Notes: generated from the letters alone by a model not told the origin. 64,000 nucleotides of DNA from Squalus acanthias (GCA_030390025.1 CM059433.1:11410001-11474000), one strand, 5' to 3'; positions 48,116-61,876 are shown, counted from the first letter of the stretch. Made by a program: numbers and translations.

Positions 48116-48940
48116 GGGCTGGATTTTACCAGCCCTGAGGAGGCAGGTTTGGAGGCGGGACTGCTGGGAAAATCAAAAAAAATGGGCGCAGGTCCCGAAT
48201 CCACTCCCAACCCGCCTCCAACCAATCTTCCCGGGAGTCGGGCCCCCGATTTGCATAGGGACCAGACTTCTAGCGGCGGGAAGAGGATTATAGCCACTTA
48301 ACTGCCTGTTAACAGGTAGTTAACAGGCAGTTAAGAGGCTTTTTCCCATTTTGCGACTTCTGCTGCGGGCTTCCCGATGTCAGTGAACACCACCAGGGTA
48401 AGTGAGGCGTGCTGTGGGTCTGATGTAATGTTTGTGTACAGATGACAGCTGCAGAAGTGGTGTGAAGGATGCAATGGGACACTGGTGAGTATCAGAGGTA
48501 AGGAAATGTTGGGAAAGTCATTTTTAATATGTATAGATTTTTCTGTAGGTGACAAGGTTTGAAGTGTTTGTGTGGCCTCACCTCATTGGGAGAAGTGACA
48601 GATGGGCTTCTGTACCTTCACCTGCAGCTGCCATCTGTTTTATCCTAAGGAGAGAGTCACTGGAGAGCCTGGGTACAAAGGCTCACATTTGTACAGTGAT
48701 TGTCAGTGTTTGACAGCACCTCAATGCTGTCAAACACTGTCAAATCATCTGTCAAAAATAGATGGTTCATGTCCCTTTAAGAAAACGGGCAGATGAAGCG
48801 TCATCAACTGACGTCATCTGACACCGGCTTTCCCTTAATTGGCCGGCAAGCCCGCAGGGCGGGCTTAACAAGGCCAATCAGGAGAAAATATCGTCTGTGC
48901 ATCGGACGTCGCTGGGGGCGGGACTAGAACCCGGAAGGCA
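48116..48940. mobile_element. Harbinger-type MITE family 3, one end lost
   Basis: GGGCTGGATTTTACCAGCCC start; homologous to 34370-35197; followed by a CR1 tail at 48960-49140. Confidence 0.7.
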
Positions 48941-50284
48941 GCAATGTTTCCTTTTCAAGTATATATCCAAGCAGAGATCGACAGATATTTGAGCTACAGG
49001 GGATCAAGGGTTATGGGGAGTGGGCAGGAAAGTGGAGTTGAGGCCAAGATCAGATCAGTCATGATCTTATTGAATGGCGGAGCAGGCTCGAGGGGGCCAA
49101 ATGGCCGACTCCTGCTCCTATTTATTATGTTCTTATGTTCAATTCCCTTTAGAAAGTTACAACTGAATCTGTTTCCACCAGCCTTTCAGGCGGTGCATTC
49201 CAGATCAGAACAACTCACTGCATAAAAAATGTTCTCTTCATCTTCCCTCTGCTTCTTTTGCCAATTATCTTAAATCTGTGTCCTCTGGTTACCAACCCTC
49301 CTACTAGTGGAAACAGTTTCTCCTTATTTGCTCAACTCACCCAAAGTCACAAATGTGGAGAAAGTGCTCATTTACCAGTGGCCAGAGGTACAACTATGAG
49401 TGTTAATATATACCTGACAGGATGCAGAGAAGGCAACATCATGTGGAGGGTAGCTCATACACACTCAGAGCAGAGCTGATCAAAACTGTGACATAGAAAG
49501 AGGACAAGTAATCTCGCTTTTGAATATACACCAAATATCGTGCAGACTTGTTCTTTTTTAAAGAATTAACATTAGACCAATACTCTATAAAATGGATCAA
49601 CAAATTGTTGATAATAAACTCATTGGACTTGCAAGTGAATCAAAAGTCTCTATTCCTTACACTTTCTTTGTATTGGATGTAGATTCCCTAAATTCCATGT
49701 ACTCACTGCACAGTTTGGTCACAAATCCGCAGAACAGTTCGAAATACCCTCAAAATGCTGCCTGGTAGGATCCTACCAGCTGCCAAAAAGACTAGTGAAT
49801 AAAATCTGAGTGGCACGTGGACACTGGAAGTAAGAGCAATAAAACTGTCATGAACAGTGGGTTTACTGGGAGTCTTTAAAGAGGTTGCCAAGAAAATTCT
49901 CAACCGATGCCAAGAAACTCCCCATTGTATACATAAGGGAGATACTGGAAATGTGCTGCTGTTCATGCTTCCTGATATGTGGGTGAATTGCGTCGAGAGT
50001 AGATTGACTCTGTGCCACTTACATTTAGTTAGCAAGTACAGCGCTAGTACAAACATGTTTGATACAATCAACAATGGTCAGTGTGGTTGTGCAAAACGCA
50101 AAATCTCAGCAGAGACTTGGTGGGTGGAGCAGTGAAAATCACCCTGGCTCTTACCTGTCCGAAAGCCGCCATGATTGCAACATCTGCAATTTTAACCTGC
50201 TCTCCTGAGCAGGCAGCAAGGACACGCGCCCAGAGCCAACAGGGTCCTTCTTTACATATGCATGTTGTGGCTCGATAACATCAC

Positions 50285-50641
50285 TAGACAGACTAGATGC
50301 AGGAAGGACGTTCCCGATGGCGGGGGAGTCCAGAACCAGAGGTCACAGTCTAAGGATAAGGGGTAAGCCATTTAGGACTGAGATGAGGAGGAATTTCTTC
50401 ACCCAGAGAGTGGTGAACCTGTGGAATTCTCTACCACAGAAGACAGTTGAGTCCAATTCATTAAATATATTCAAGAAGGAGTTAGATATATTTCTTCAGG
50501 CTAAGGGGATCAAGGGATATGGGGAGAAAGCAGGGACAGGGTACTGAATTTGGATGATCAGCCATGATCGCATTGAATGGCGGCGCAGGCTCGAGGGGCC
50601 AAATGGCCTACTCCTGCTCCTATCTTCTATGTTTCTATGTT
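50285..50641 (+). mobile_element. CR1 3' fragment
   Basis: ORF 50317-50547 nearly identical to the end of ORF2 at 61543; TTTCTATG tail. Confidence 0.92.
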
Positions 50642-50734
50642 GAGTCCCGACTATAATTTTAAATCAGACGGGAAATCCACCCGGAGTTAAAATCGGGGCC
50701 TAAAGATTCAGGAGGTTGTAGATGTGAAGTTCAC

Positions 50735-51180
50735 TTTAGCACATAATCCAGGCTGACATTTCAGTGCACTACCAAGGGAGTGCTGCAGGGTCAGATGAGC
50801 TGTTAAACTGAGGCCCTGCCTACCTGTTCCTGTGGATGTTAACGGTCATATGGCACTATTCAAAACAAAGCACAGAGCTCTCCCAGTGTCCAGGCTAGCA
50901 CTCTTTCATAAGAACATAAGAAATAAGAGCAGGAGTAGGCCATACGGCCCCTCGAGCCTACTCCGCCATTCAATCAGATAATTTCCTCAACGAACAACAA
51001 TAAAAGAGATTAACTGGTCATCTCATTGCTATCTGTGTGATCATGCTGTGTGAAAATTGGCTGCTATGTTTGCTTACGTAACAGTCACGCCACTGAAAAA
51101 AAAATCATTATCTGTGAGGCTCTTTGGGATGTTTCTGATAGTTGTAATAAGGTGCTTTATGAAAGTAAGTCTTTCTTAAG
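50735..51180 (+). mobile_element. Old DeuSINE with CR1 tail insertion
   Basis: Degenerate Deu core; cataagaacataagaa insert at ~50907-50975. Confidence 0.65.
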
Positions 51181-53708
51181 GCAGTAACATAAAATTTGGG
51201 AAAAGATTTTTTACACGAGTATGGAAATTGGTCCAAAATTAGTTAAATTTGAACCATAACATTTTTGGGGATCATATCAGCCAAATAAATGACTTATATT
51301 AGTGAGGTACAAGATCGGTCTAGGCACCCTCAAGCAGATCTGATGGAACTATCCCAAGTTTTGAAAGAATTATAATATTGAACGTAGAGTTCCTCCAACA
51401 GCCTGGAGTGGGCAGTCTTGGCACCTTGGAGAGAGACGCAGTTCCTGCTATTGCTGAATCAGTGAAGGCTCTTTGTCATGCTCGGGACGCTTACTAAAAG
51501 AAGAATTCTCTGACAGAGGGTCAGGCTCCCTCCCGCCCCCCACCATAGTAGAAGAATGACACTACCTGACATTGGAGGCTTCTCAATGTGAAAAGCCAAT
51601 AGTGTCCAGCCCAAGAACTACAATACTTTTTGATGTTGAATGGACACCATTATCTCAATTTGCTGCATGATCCTTTCACATGGATTACCGGTAATTAATG
51701 CAGATGTACTCAAAGCAGTTTTACTCATTTCACAAGCTTACTGGTAATTGAATGTCTTATATATCTTGGCCTTTGTCCGTCTAGTCTTTACCAAGGAAAC
51801 TGATATTACTCTATCCTCCTTGTCTGTATTTAGATTCTGGTACCGTAATTGATATTTCATGTCCTGACTAGGAAGAAGCTGAATTATTATCCTCCGAAGT
51901 AACAATTTCAGTATGTGATATCTGAGACTAAATCAAATCTAAATGCAACGCTGGAGCAAATTGTCTGCTCCATCTATGCAGCAATGTTTTTTTTTCCTCT
52001 TTACTTAAAAAAAGGTGTGAATTTTAAAAAAGGGTTATTACTTGCAACCCACTAACAAAGTGATTTTATACAATGCAATTTTGTTCATGGAAGTGACAAG
52101 ACAAAAGTTGAGCATGCTTCAATACTTCGCAAGCAACTAAAAAGCGACTCAGCCATTATAAATGTCAGGTTTGTCCATCCAATCATGGAGTGGCAAATTT
52201 TTTGGGGGGAAATGGTTAAACGAGAATCGGGAAAGTCATGATTTATTCGGAAGGTATTGCATTTCCAGTGCCGCGGAAGAAGAGACAGATGCAAGTGTCC
52301 ACAGCTCCTCTGTGATGAACTATACTCTCGCCATCATTCCTACAAACTCAATTAATACAAAAAGTATTTCATTTTTAGTTTTAATGGTGAGGTTCGCACA
52401 GAACCTATCGCCCGAACACTATCTTTATAGGAAAGCTACATCCAATAAAAGTACACTTTTAGTAATGTACGAAGTCTTTTTTACAATAATAAACTTTTAT
52501 TAGACTCAATTTATAAAATTACATAAAATTAACATTCTCCATTGTGTAAACATTGACCTTTTATAAATCCAGTTAATATATATTGGTGGTGTTGGATACA
52601 ACATTCATAACAAATTAGAGCTTCATACTAATAGATATCCTTCCCAAAGATTACAGTCATTTGCATCGGAAATGCTTGACCAGCTTTGCAGATAATATGG
52701 GATTCCCAGTAACCACCTCCAATACTGTGGCAGAAAGAACCAAGGAGGAATATAGATGTGTCTTTTCACTAATATAATGATTATTCTCCCTGGAAGTATG
52801 GTGATCTCTTTTACTTCTTTACGATTTTTGTTTTGAAAACACATTTGTTGACCTGCCAAACCTTGCCTCTCCCCAGCTATTTTCTCTCCCTGATCATTTT
52901 CTCCCGCCACTTCCCCACATGAGCTGCATTTAGTTTTGGGGATTCATTCAAGCCACGCAAATCCCCAACTCCACTGGAAAGGCTTCGCTGCTGCGATGAT
53001 ACTTCAAAATATTCCCATTCTTTCAAATCACACAGTGGGCTAGAAACTCAGTGCTAAACCAGCGTTAACATATCAGCTGCCTGTTATACGCCCCACTTCG
53101 TATACAGTTCTATTTAAACCAACCCAACTGAATCTCGGGTGGGGAGCATAGCAGGCAGCCAATGTCGACGGTTCAGTGCTACCGTCCAAACCAAACTTCT
53201 ACCCCACTGACAACATAAGTGAGTTAACACATTTAACACATTTTGTGAAGGTTTGTTTTTCCTTTCCTGCTTCCATTTATTTTTTATTTATATTTGCTCT
53301 TTGTATTTCCCGTCTTTACATTGACATCAAATAATAGCAGAGTCTGAACCTCAGTGCTATGAAACATCATAGCTGGGGAAGAAAACTCTGTCCGTACTTT
53401 GCTCACTGTAGTTTGACTATAAACCAAACTTTTGTTTTCTTGCCAAAATTTTAGGAACTGTGTGTAGCTAAAATAGTTTACAAACTTTGAAAACCTCAAA
53501 CTTTGTGCCACCTAATCAATCGCTACTTCTCGATAAATATATTTTCTCTCCTATTTTAACTTTGGCATTGCCATGCAGTGTAGGCGCTGGTTTTTCATCC
53601 TTCACCCAAGTTTTTCAAAAATTAAAAAGGCCGCGTTTGCTGTCTGAGCGGGTGAGTTGGCATCTCCGGAAGACCCTTCTGTGCATGCACAGGGAAAGAC
53701 ATCCTTGG

Positions 53709-54155
53709 AAGGCCCGGTGCAGTGACGTCATCTGGTGGGCTGGTGCAGGCATGGTGATGTCATCCGGTGGTCTGGTGCAGGCGTGGTGATGTCATCTGAT
53801 GGGCTGGTGCAGGCGCGGTGACGTCATCTGGTGGTCTGGTGCAGGCGCGGTGATGTCATCTGGTGGGCTGGTGCAGGCGCGGTGATGTCACCTGGTGGGC
53901 TGGTGCAGGCATGGTGATGTCATCCGGTGGTCTGGTGCAGGCGTGGTGATGTCATCCGGTGGTCTGGTGCAGGCGCGGTGATGTCATCCGGTGGTCTGGT
54001 GCAGGCGCGGTGATGTCATCTGATGGTCTGGTGCCGGCGCCTTGATGACATCGGGTGACCCAGTGCAGGCGCAGTGACATCATTTGTTGCTCCAGTGCAT
54101 GCGCAGTGATGTCATCCGGTGGCCCGGTGCATATGCTGAAGAACGACGTCATCAG
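53709..54155. repeat. 32-bp minisatellite, ~13 units
   Basis: Unit TGGTGCAGGCGCGGTGATGTCATCCGGTGGTC at 53741, 53773, 53805 and onward. Confidence 0.92.
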
Positions 54156-55613
54156 TTGAAAACTGGAATGTCCCACACAGTGTCTCTATTCATTGCGCAT
54201 TAAAAAAGGGACATCCTATAGATGCTTTACCATTTACCATTTTTCCCTTTCTGTGGTGTATGGTAAAGTGTAGTGCGTTTTAACAACATGAGAAGGCCTC
54301 CAAACAAAAACAGTAATACAAAATGTTCTGCCAAACATCAGTAGAAGAACTGAAGATACCAATAAACATAATGTTAGGTGGTTACATCTAAACCTATGTG
54401 TAATAACATGTCTGTGAATCATCTGCGGTTCTCTCGGTTATTATTATTCTTTGAAGCCAGCGTAGATTTGGACTTCATGTCTCCTCTTTAAAAGTGATTT
54501 CACTCCCCTATCCCTAAATATAATATTCTGTAGTTAATATTGCACACTACAAGAGCCTGAGTGCTGCTTTGCAAAACATTTCCTTGTGCATGTACACTCC
54601 TCACTGTTGGGGTCTTGTGCAAATGTGAAAAATTAAAATGTACAGTTCAGAGCTGCTTTGAATTAAATATAAATACAAATTAAAATAAAGGAGTGAGGGT
54701 GGGACTTTCGCCAAACGGAATCTATTTTACAGCAAGCTGAGTCTATTTTACAGCAGAGTCTATTTACTAAGCAAACAGTAAACAGAGTCTATTTAAACAG
54801 AGTATCTATTCCCATTATGACCCAAAGCAACCAATCTATTTACTCAGCAGACAGAGTCTATTTAAACAGAGTCTCTACGAACTAAAGCAAACAGAACTCA
54901 TGACCGAAACCACAGCAGAGTCTCCCGATAAAAGCAGGCTTATTTCCCCAGTAAAATGCAGTCAGTGGAGGATAGTTACATAATACAAATGATAGGCGTA
55001 AAATCAATCCCAGTCACTTGCAACAGTGTGGTCTCCAGGCATAATTAATGGGAGAATTACTCAATCATCTAATCATCTCCATTATGGCCGGGACTTGTGA
55101 AGTCACTATATGCAGCCTTAGAAGAAACAGAAAAAGAAAAGTAATGGACCTTTCCTCTCTCCAGCCATTTTCTCCCTCCACTTCCATACATGAGCTGCGT
55201 TTAGTTTGAGGTATTCATTTAAGCTAGCCAAACCCGCAACTCCACTGTAAGAGCTTAACCGTTGTGATGATACTTCAAAATATTCCCATTCTTTCAACTC
55301 TCTAATAACATAACAATGAAGTAAAATATTTTTGATTCCCGCGCCCCCGCCCCCCCCCAAAACCCTGCATAATTCTGCATGAGTTCTTGATGATTAGAGT
55401 TAACAGGCAAAAAGAAACATTGTGCGGCCGATATACGTTGAGCTCTGTTTGCGAGCTCCAGCACAGAGTTGGCAGCACATATTGAGATATCGTGCTCATG
55501 CAGCCCATGGTTCGTCATACATTAACTTCAATGGGTGGAGTCCTCTTGTTGCATTTTTAAAAGCCCCTGAAGCTCTTTAGAGGTTGGTCATCGATTGCGG
55601 TTTGAAATCTATG

Positions 55614-56940
55614 GGGCTGAATTTTGCCGGCGCTGGAGGCGGGTCCGCTGTCAAAATCAAAAGGATTGACAGCGGGCCGGTATCCCGCTCCAAACCCGCC
55701 TCCCTGTCAGTTTCCCAAGTGCCGGTTCTGCCTGCGCTTTGCAGACACGGCACTAAGTGGCAGGTCATTCAATTGTGCTTGGTAGGAGGGTGTTTAAAGT
55801 AATTAAATCCCCATTTTCCCAGCTCCAAAGCATTTTGCCAAGTTTTCCACGAGGTTCATGTCGCTCGGGGATCACGCCAGGTAAGTATGCTGGGTTCTGA
55901 ACAACTCTCCATTTCTTTCAACAGGTGAAAGCTGCAAAAGTGGTTTAAAACCTGCCATTTTACAGCTGGTCAGTTTCCAATCTCAGAAGCTTCAGCCTTC
56001 ACTATTTAGAACCCACTTTTGAGTTCTATGCACTTTTGGAGTGTTTGGAGTAATCTCTCTGTCCACTATCACCTCCTTGGAACAACCTCTCTCACCATTG
56101 ACACATCGCTTCTGTCATCTCAACCTCACCTGCCATCTATTCCATCAGCATCGGTGCCCTTGAAAAAATCTCACCTTGGTCCTCAGAATCGCACCACGAT
56201 CAGCCCCAACACCAGCAGCACCAGGCACACCAGCAACACCAACAACAACACCAACCTTCTCCGCAATCAACTGATGCTGCACAGGACACAGGGCATCAGT
56301 ACCCGAGCACATTGTTGTCCTGGACGCCAGCGATGGCCTCACCATGTCCAGATTTGCTTCACTTAACACTGTACATCCTGGCTGCCACATGATGCACCAG
56401 GTTGGCACCACCCCACACCAGCACCATAAAGCACCCCTACAATGTCCAAGCCATTCCTTTCACACTCATCACCATTAGGCGGAGGGGGGGAAACGTTAAG
56501 TCTCACCATTCACTGGAACTCACTAAGACACTTTCAAAGGTGCACACAAATCTGTCCAAGAAGGCAAAGTGGTGACAATAAGGATTTTAATGCTTGACAA
56601 CACATTAACAGAAAGTTTACATGACCATTGGCTAAAACACCCAAGTGCCTACCCTTGTGTGTTGTTAGTTGTTATGATTGGACTAGGATGAGGGTGAGTG
56701 TGAGGGGTGTCTAGTGAGATGGGGAAGTGCTAATGTAGATAGAGAGGGATGGGTGGAGGTGCAAGGTAAGTTGGTGTGAGTAAGGATGTGCAGGAGTAGG
56801 GTAGGGAAGGCAGAGTGATGGGGATGTGATGAATGGCACAGCAGGATGAGGTTAAGTGTGGCTTTGTACTAACATTTCGTGATCTACTGTGATCATTGAA
56901 AGGTTTGTGCCACTGCAGCCTGGTCCTCCTGACAACATCC
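55614..56940. mobile_element. Decayed Harbinger element
   Basis: GGGGCTGAATTTTGCC terminus; minus-strand Myb exon end (RRTRLQWHKPFND..|gttagt) near 56865-56940. Confidence 0.65.
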
Positions 56941-57000
56941 TCATATAATACTTAGATTTTGTTTTGAATATTCACCAATAGTCCCCAATAAATCCAATAG

Positions 57001-57203
57001 GAAATTCAGGAGAAACTTCTTTACTCAGAGAGTGGTGAGAATGTGGAACTCGCTACCACAGGGAGTAGTTGAGGCGAATAGTATAGTATAGTAAGGGGAA
57101 GCTAGATAGACACATGAGTGAGAAAGGAATAGAAGGATATGCTGATAGGGTGAGATGAAAAGGGTGGGCGGAGAATTGTGTGCAGCATAAACACCAGCAT
57201 AGA
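57001..57203 (+). mobile_element. Older CR1 3' fragment (continues at 61877-61930)
   Basis: RNFFTQRVVRMWNSLP; the tail resumes cctgttgggccgaatgg after the nested insertions, as in the intact tail at 31675-31740. Confidence 0.75.
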
Positions 57204-57611
57204 TCCACAGAGGCTGCGGACCTGGGTGGAGCGGCTGCGGCGAGGCGGAGGCGAACAGGTAGGCCCACAGAGGCTGCGGACCTGGGTGGAGCGGCTGCGG
57301 CGAGGCGGAGCTGAGAAAAGGCGGCGGCGAACAGGTAGGTTTACCAATCTGAGCCCCGAGAGCGGGAGAGAGAGAAGTAGAAAATAATCAAAGTGTGACG
57401 TCACCAGAAAGCAGGTAAGTGATTGGTTGGTGAGTATTTCTTTTTTTCTCCTTTTTTCCATACTTAAATTCTGTGGTTTATAGTTTCTAGAGTCTCTGTG
57501 GTGTAGCGGGGACTGCTGTTAAGCAAGGGCCCTTGAGTATATCATTTAATTGAAGTGAAATTGGTGGGATTCAATTAGTTTAATTTTAATTAATTAATTA
57601 AAGGGTAAGTC

Positions 57612-58562
57612 ATGTCAGGAGAGCTCGGCGCCGTGGTGTGCTCCTCCTGCAATATGTAGGAAATCAGGGACACTTCCTGTGTCCCTGACGACCATGTGTG
57701 TGGGAAATGTATCCAGCTGCAGCTACTGACGGACCGCATTGCGGCGCTGGAGCTGCGGATGGATGCATATTGGAGCATTCGCGATGCTGAGAACGTCGTG
57801 AATAACACGTTTAGCGAGTTGGTCACACCGCAGGTAAAGGGTGTACAGGCAGGAAGTGAATGGGTGACCACCAGGCAGAGTAAGAGGTGCAGGCAGGTAG
57901 TGCAGGGGTCCCCTGTGGCCATCCCCCTCTCAAACAGATATACCACTTTGGATGCTGTTGGGGGGGATGACTTATCAGGGGAAGGCGGCAGCAGCCAACT
58001 TCCTGGCACCATGGGTGGCTCTGCTGCACAGGCTGGGAGGAAAAAGTGTGGAAGAGCTATAGTGATAGGGGATTCAATTGTAAGGGGAATAGATAGGCAT
58101 TTCTGCGGCCACAATCGAGACTCCAGGATGGTGTGTTGCCTCCCTGGTGCAAGGGTCAAGGACGTCTCGGATCAGCTACAGAACACTTTGGAGGGGGAGG
58201 GCGAACAGCCAGTTGTCGTGGTGCACATAGGCATCAACGATATAGGTAAAAAACGGGATGAGGTCCTAAAAGCAGAATATAGGGAGTTAGGAGGTAAATT
58301 AAAAAAGAGGACCTCAAAGGTAGTAATCTCAGGATTGCTACCAGTGCCACGTGCTAGTCAGAGTAGAAATAGGAGGATATTTCAAATCAATACGTGGCTA
58401 GAGGAATGGTGCAAGGGGGAGGGATTCAAATTCCTTGGACATTGGAACCAGTTCTGGGGGAGGTGGGACCAGTACAAACGGGACGGTCTGCACCTGGGCA
58501 GGGCCGGGACCGATGTCTTAGGCGGAGTGTTTGCTAGTGCTGTTGGGGAGGGTTTAAACTAA
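57612..58562 (+). pseudogene. CR1 ORF1: CxxC zinc finger, coiled coil, SGNH esterase
   Basis: CSSC...CGKC; GDSIVRG, PGA, HIGIND, DGLH motifs; in-frame TAG at 57657. Confidence 0.93.
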
Positions 58563-58684
58563 AGTGGCAGGGGGTTGGGAACCTGAGCAGGGAGACAGAG
58601 GAAAGGGAAATAAGGATAAAAGCTAAAGACAGGAAGGAGGAAAACAAAAGTAGAAGGCAAAGAACTCAACGGTTTAAATCAAAC

Positions 58685-61543
58685 ATGATCATAGTAAATA
58701 ATAATTCATATAGGTCTGAAAGCATTAAAAAAACAAGCCTGAAGGCTTTGAGTCTTAATGCAAGGAACATTCGGAACAAGGTGGATGAATTAGCTGTGCA
58801 AATAGAGGTAAATGAATACGATTTGATTGGGATTACAGAAACATGGCTCCATGGTGGCCAAGGCTGGGAACTCAACATCCAGGGTTATTCAATATTTAGG
58901 AAAGATAGGCAAAAAAGAAAGGGAGGTGGGGTAGCATTGCTGGTTAAAGAGGGGATTAACACAATTGAAAGGAAGGATATTAGCTCTAATGATGCGGAAT
59001 CTGTATGGGTAGAACTGAAAAATAACAAGGGGCAGAAAACGTTAGTGGGAGTGGTATATAGACCTCCAAACAGTAATACGGAGGTTGGGGATGGCATTAA
59101 AAGGGAAATTAGAGAAGCATGCAGTAAGGGGACAGCAGTCATCATGGGTGACTTTAATTTACATATAGATTGGACTAACCAAATTAGTAAAAATACTGTG
59201 GAGGAGGAATTCCTAGAATGTTTACGAGATGGTTTTCTGGAACAATATGTTGTGGAACCAACCAGAGAGCAGGCCATCTTAGACTGGGTATGATGTAACG
59301 AGAAAGGATTAATTAGCAATCTTGTTGTACGAGGCCCCTTGGGTCAGAGTGATCATAATATGATAGAATTCTTCATTAGGATGGAGAGTGAAGTAGTTGA
59401 ATCAGAGACTAGGGTCCTGAATTTAAATAAAGGAAACTACGATGGTATGAGGCGCGAATTGGGTAGGATTGACTGGGGAATGTCACTCAAGGGGTTGACT
59501 GTGGATAGGCAATGGCAAACATTCAAAGACTGCATGGATGAACTACAGAATTTGTACATCCCAGTGTGGCATAAGAATAAAACAAAAAGGGTGACTCAAC
59601 CGTGGCTAACAAGGGAAATTAGGGATAGCATAAGATCCAAGGAGAGGGCATATAAATTGGCCAGAAAAAGCGGTAGCCCTGAGGATTGGGAGCGGTTTAG
59701 GATTCAACAAAGGAGGACAAAGGGATTAATTAAGAAGGGGAAAATAGAATATGCAAGTAAGCTTTCTGGGAACATAAAAACTGACTGTAAGAGCCTTTAT
59801 AGATATGTGAAGAGAAAAAGATTAGTGAAATCAAGTGTAGGTCCCTTGCAGTCAGAAGTGGGGGAAGTTATAATGGGGAACAAAGAAATGGCAGACCAAT
59901 TAAATGCATATTTTGGTTCTGTCTTCACAAAGGAGGACACAAATAAGCTCCCAGAGATGTTGGAGAACATACGGTCTGATGAAAGGGAGGAACTGAAAGA
60001 AATCAGTATTTGCAGGGAAATGGTGTTAGGGAAATTGACGGTATTGAAGGCCGATAAATCCCCAGGGCCTGATAATCTACATCCTAGGGTACTTAAGGAA
60101 GTGGCCTAGAAATAGTAGATGCATTGCTGATCATCTTCCAACATTCGATGGAATCTGGAACTGTACCCATGGATTGGAGAGTAGCTAATGTTACCCCACT
60201 ATTCAAAAAGGGTAGTAGAGAGAAAGCGGGGAATTACAGACCAGTAAGCCTGACATCGGTAGTGGGGAAAATGCTAGAGTCATTATAAAGGATGTAATAG
60301 CTGAGCATTTGAAAAACAGTGACAGGATCGGACAAAGTCAACATGGATTTACAAAAGGTAAATCGTGCTTGACTAATCTACTGGAATTTTTGAGGATGTA
60401 ACTGGGAAAATAGACAAGGGAGAACCAGTAGATGTGGTGTATTTGGACTTTCAAAAGGCTTTCGATAAGGTCCCGCATAAGAGATTAGCGGGTAAAGTTA
60501 AGGCACATGGGATTGGGGGCAAGGTATTGACTAGGATAGAGAACTGGTTGGCGAACAGAAAGCAGAGAGTAGGAATTAATGGGTCTTTTTCCGAGTGGCA
60601 AGCAGTGACTAGTGGGGTACCGCAGGGATCGGACCTTGGACCCCAGCTATTCACAATATACATTAATGATCTAGATAAGGGAATTAAATGTAATATCTCC
60701 AAGTTTGCAGATGACACAAAGCTGGGTGGGAGTGTGTGCTGCGAGGAGGATAGCGAGAAACTCCAGGATGATTTGGACAGGTTGGGTGAGTGGGCAGAAG
60801 CGTGGCAGATGCAATATAACGTGGATAAGTGCGAGGTTATCCACTTTGGTGTCAAAAACAGAAAGGCAGACTATTATCTGAATGGCAATAGATTGGGAGA
60901 AGGGGAAGTGCAACGAGACCTGGGTGTCCTTGTGCACCAGTCGCTGAAAGTAAGCATGCAGGTGCAGCAGGCGGTGAAGAAGGCAAATGGTATGTTGGCC
61001 TTCATAGCGAAAGGGTTTGAGTATAGGAACAGGGATGTCCTGCTGCAGTTGTACAGGGCCTTGGTGAGACCACACCTTGAGTACTGTGTGCAGTTTTGGT
61101 CGCCTTATCTGAGGAAGGATGTTCTTGCCATGGAAGGAGTTCAGCGAAGATTCACAAGGCTGATACCTGGGATGGCAGGAATGACATATGAGGAGAGATT
61201 GGGTCGATTGGGCTTATACTCACTGGAGTATAGAAGAATGAGAGGGGATCTCATCGAAACATATAAAATTCTGACAGGTCTGGACAAACTAGATGCAGGA
61301 AGAATGTTCCCGATGGTCGGAGAGTCCAGAACCAGGGGTCATAATCTACGGATAACGGGTAAACCATTTAGGACAGAAATGAGGAAGAATTTCTTCACCC
61401 AGAGAGTGGTGAACCTGTGGAATTCTCTACCACAGAAGGTAGTTGAGGCGAAGTCATTAAATATATTCAAGGTTGAGTTAGATATATTTCTTAAGGCTAA
61501 AGGGATCAAGGGATATGGGGAGAAGGCAGGTACAGGGTACTGA
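58685..61543 (+). pseudogene. CR1 ORF2: AP endonuclease + reverse transcriptase, disrupted
   Basis: LNARNI, ITETWL, YRPP, MGDFN, SDHN; YLDFQKAFDKV, GVPQGS, FADDTK. Stop at 59291 and apparent 1-bp deletions near 60105, 60285 and 60390. Confidence 0.95.
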
Positions 61544-61643
61544 GTTTAGATGATCAGCCATGATCTCATCGAATGGCGGAGCAGGCTCGAGGGGCCGAAT
61601 GGCCTACTCCTGCTCCTATCTTCTATGTTTCTATGTTTCTATG

Positions 61644-61876
61644 AAATAACAACAGAAAACGCTGGAAAAACTCAGCAGGCCAGGCAGCATCCGTGGAGAG
61701 AGAAACAGAGTTAACGTTTCAGGTCGAAGACCTTTCGTCAGAACTGGAAAAAAACAGGAAATGAAATAGATTTAAAGCAAGTATAAAGCTGGGAAAAGGG
61801 GGAGGGGATGAAAGAACAAAAGGAGAGGAAAGTAATGTGGCTGTGAAACCGAGTCTTGGCAGATACCTGATCAAAC
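61644..61876 (-). mobile_element. Penelope-like family A fragment
   Basis: Terminal repeat with a well-formed hammerhead motif at 61709-61745 (-): AGUU-CUGACGA-A-AGGUC(UUC)GACCU-GAAA-CGU-U-AACU. Confidence 0.85.

Larger units (their letters stand above)
57205..61643 (+). mobile_element. Near full-length CR1 LINE, inactivated
   Basis: GC-rich 5'UTR with a 60-bp-period duplication, ORF1, ORF2, 3'UTR and (TTTCTATG)n tail. Confidence 0.96.

Noticed and set aside
53709..54925. CRISPR-like arrays
   Set aside because: Tandem units without unique constant-length spacers, no cas genes, vertebrate context.
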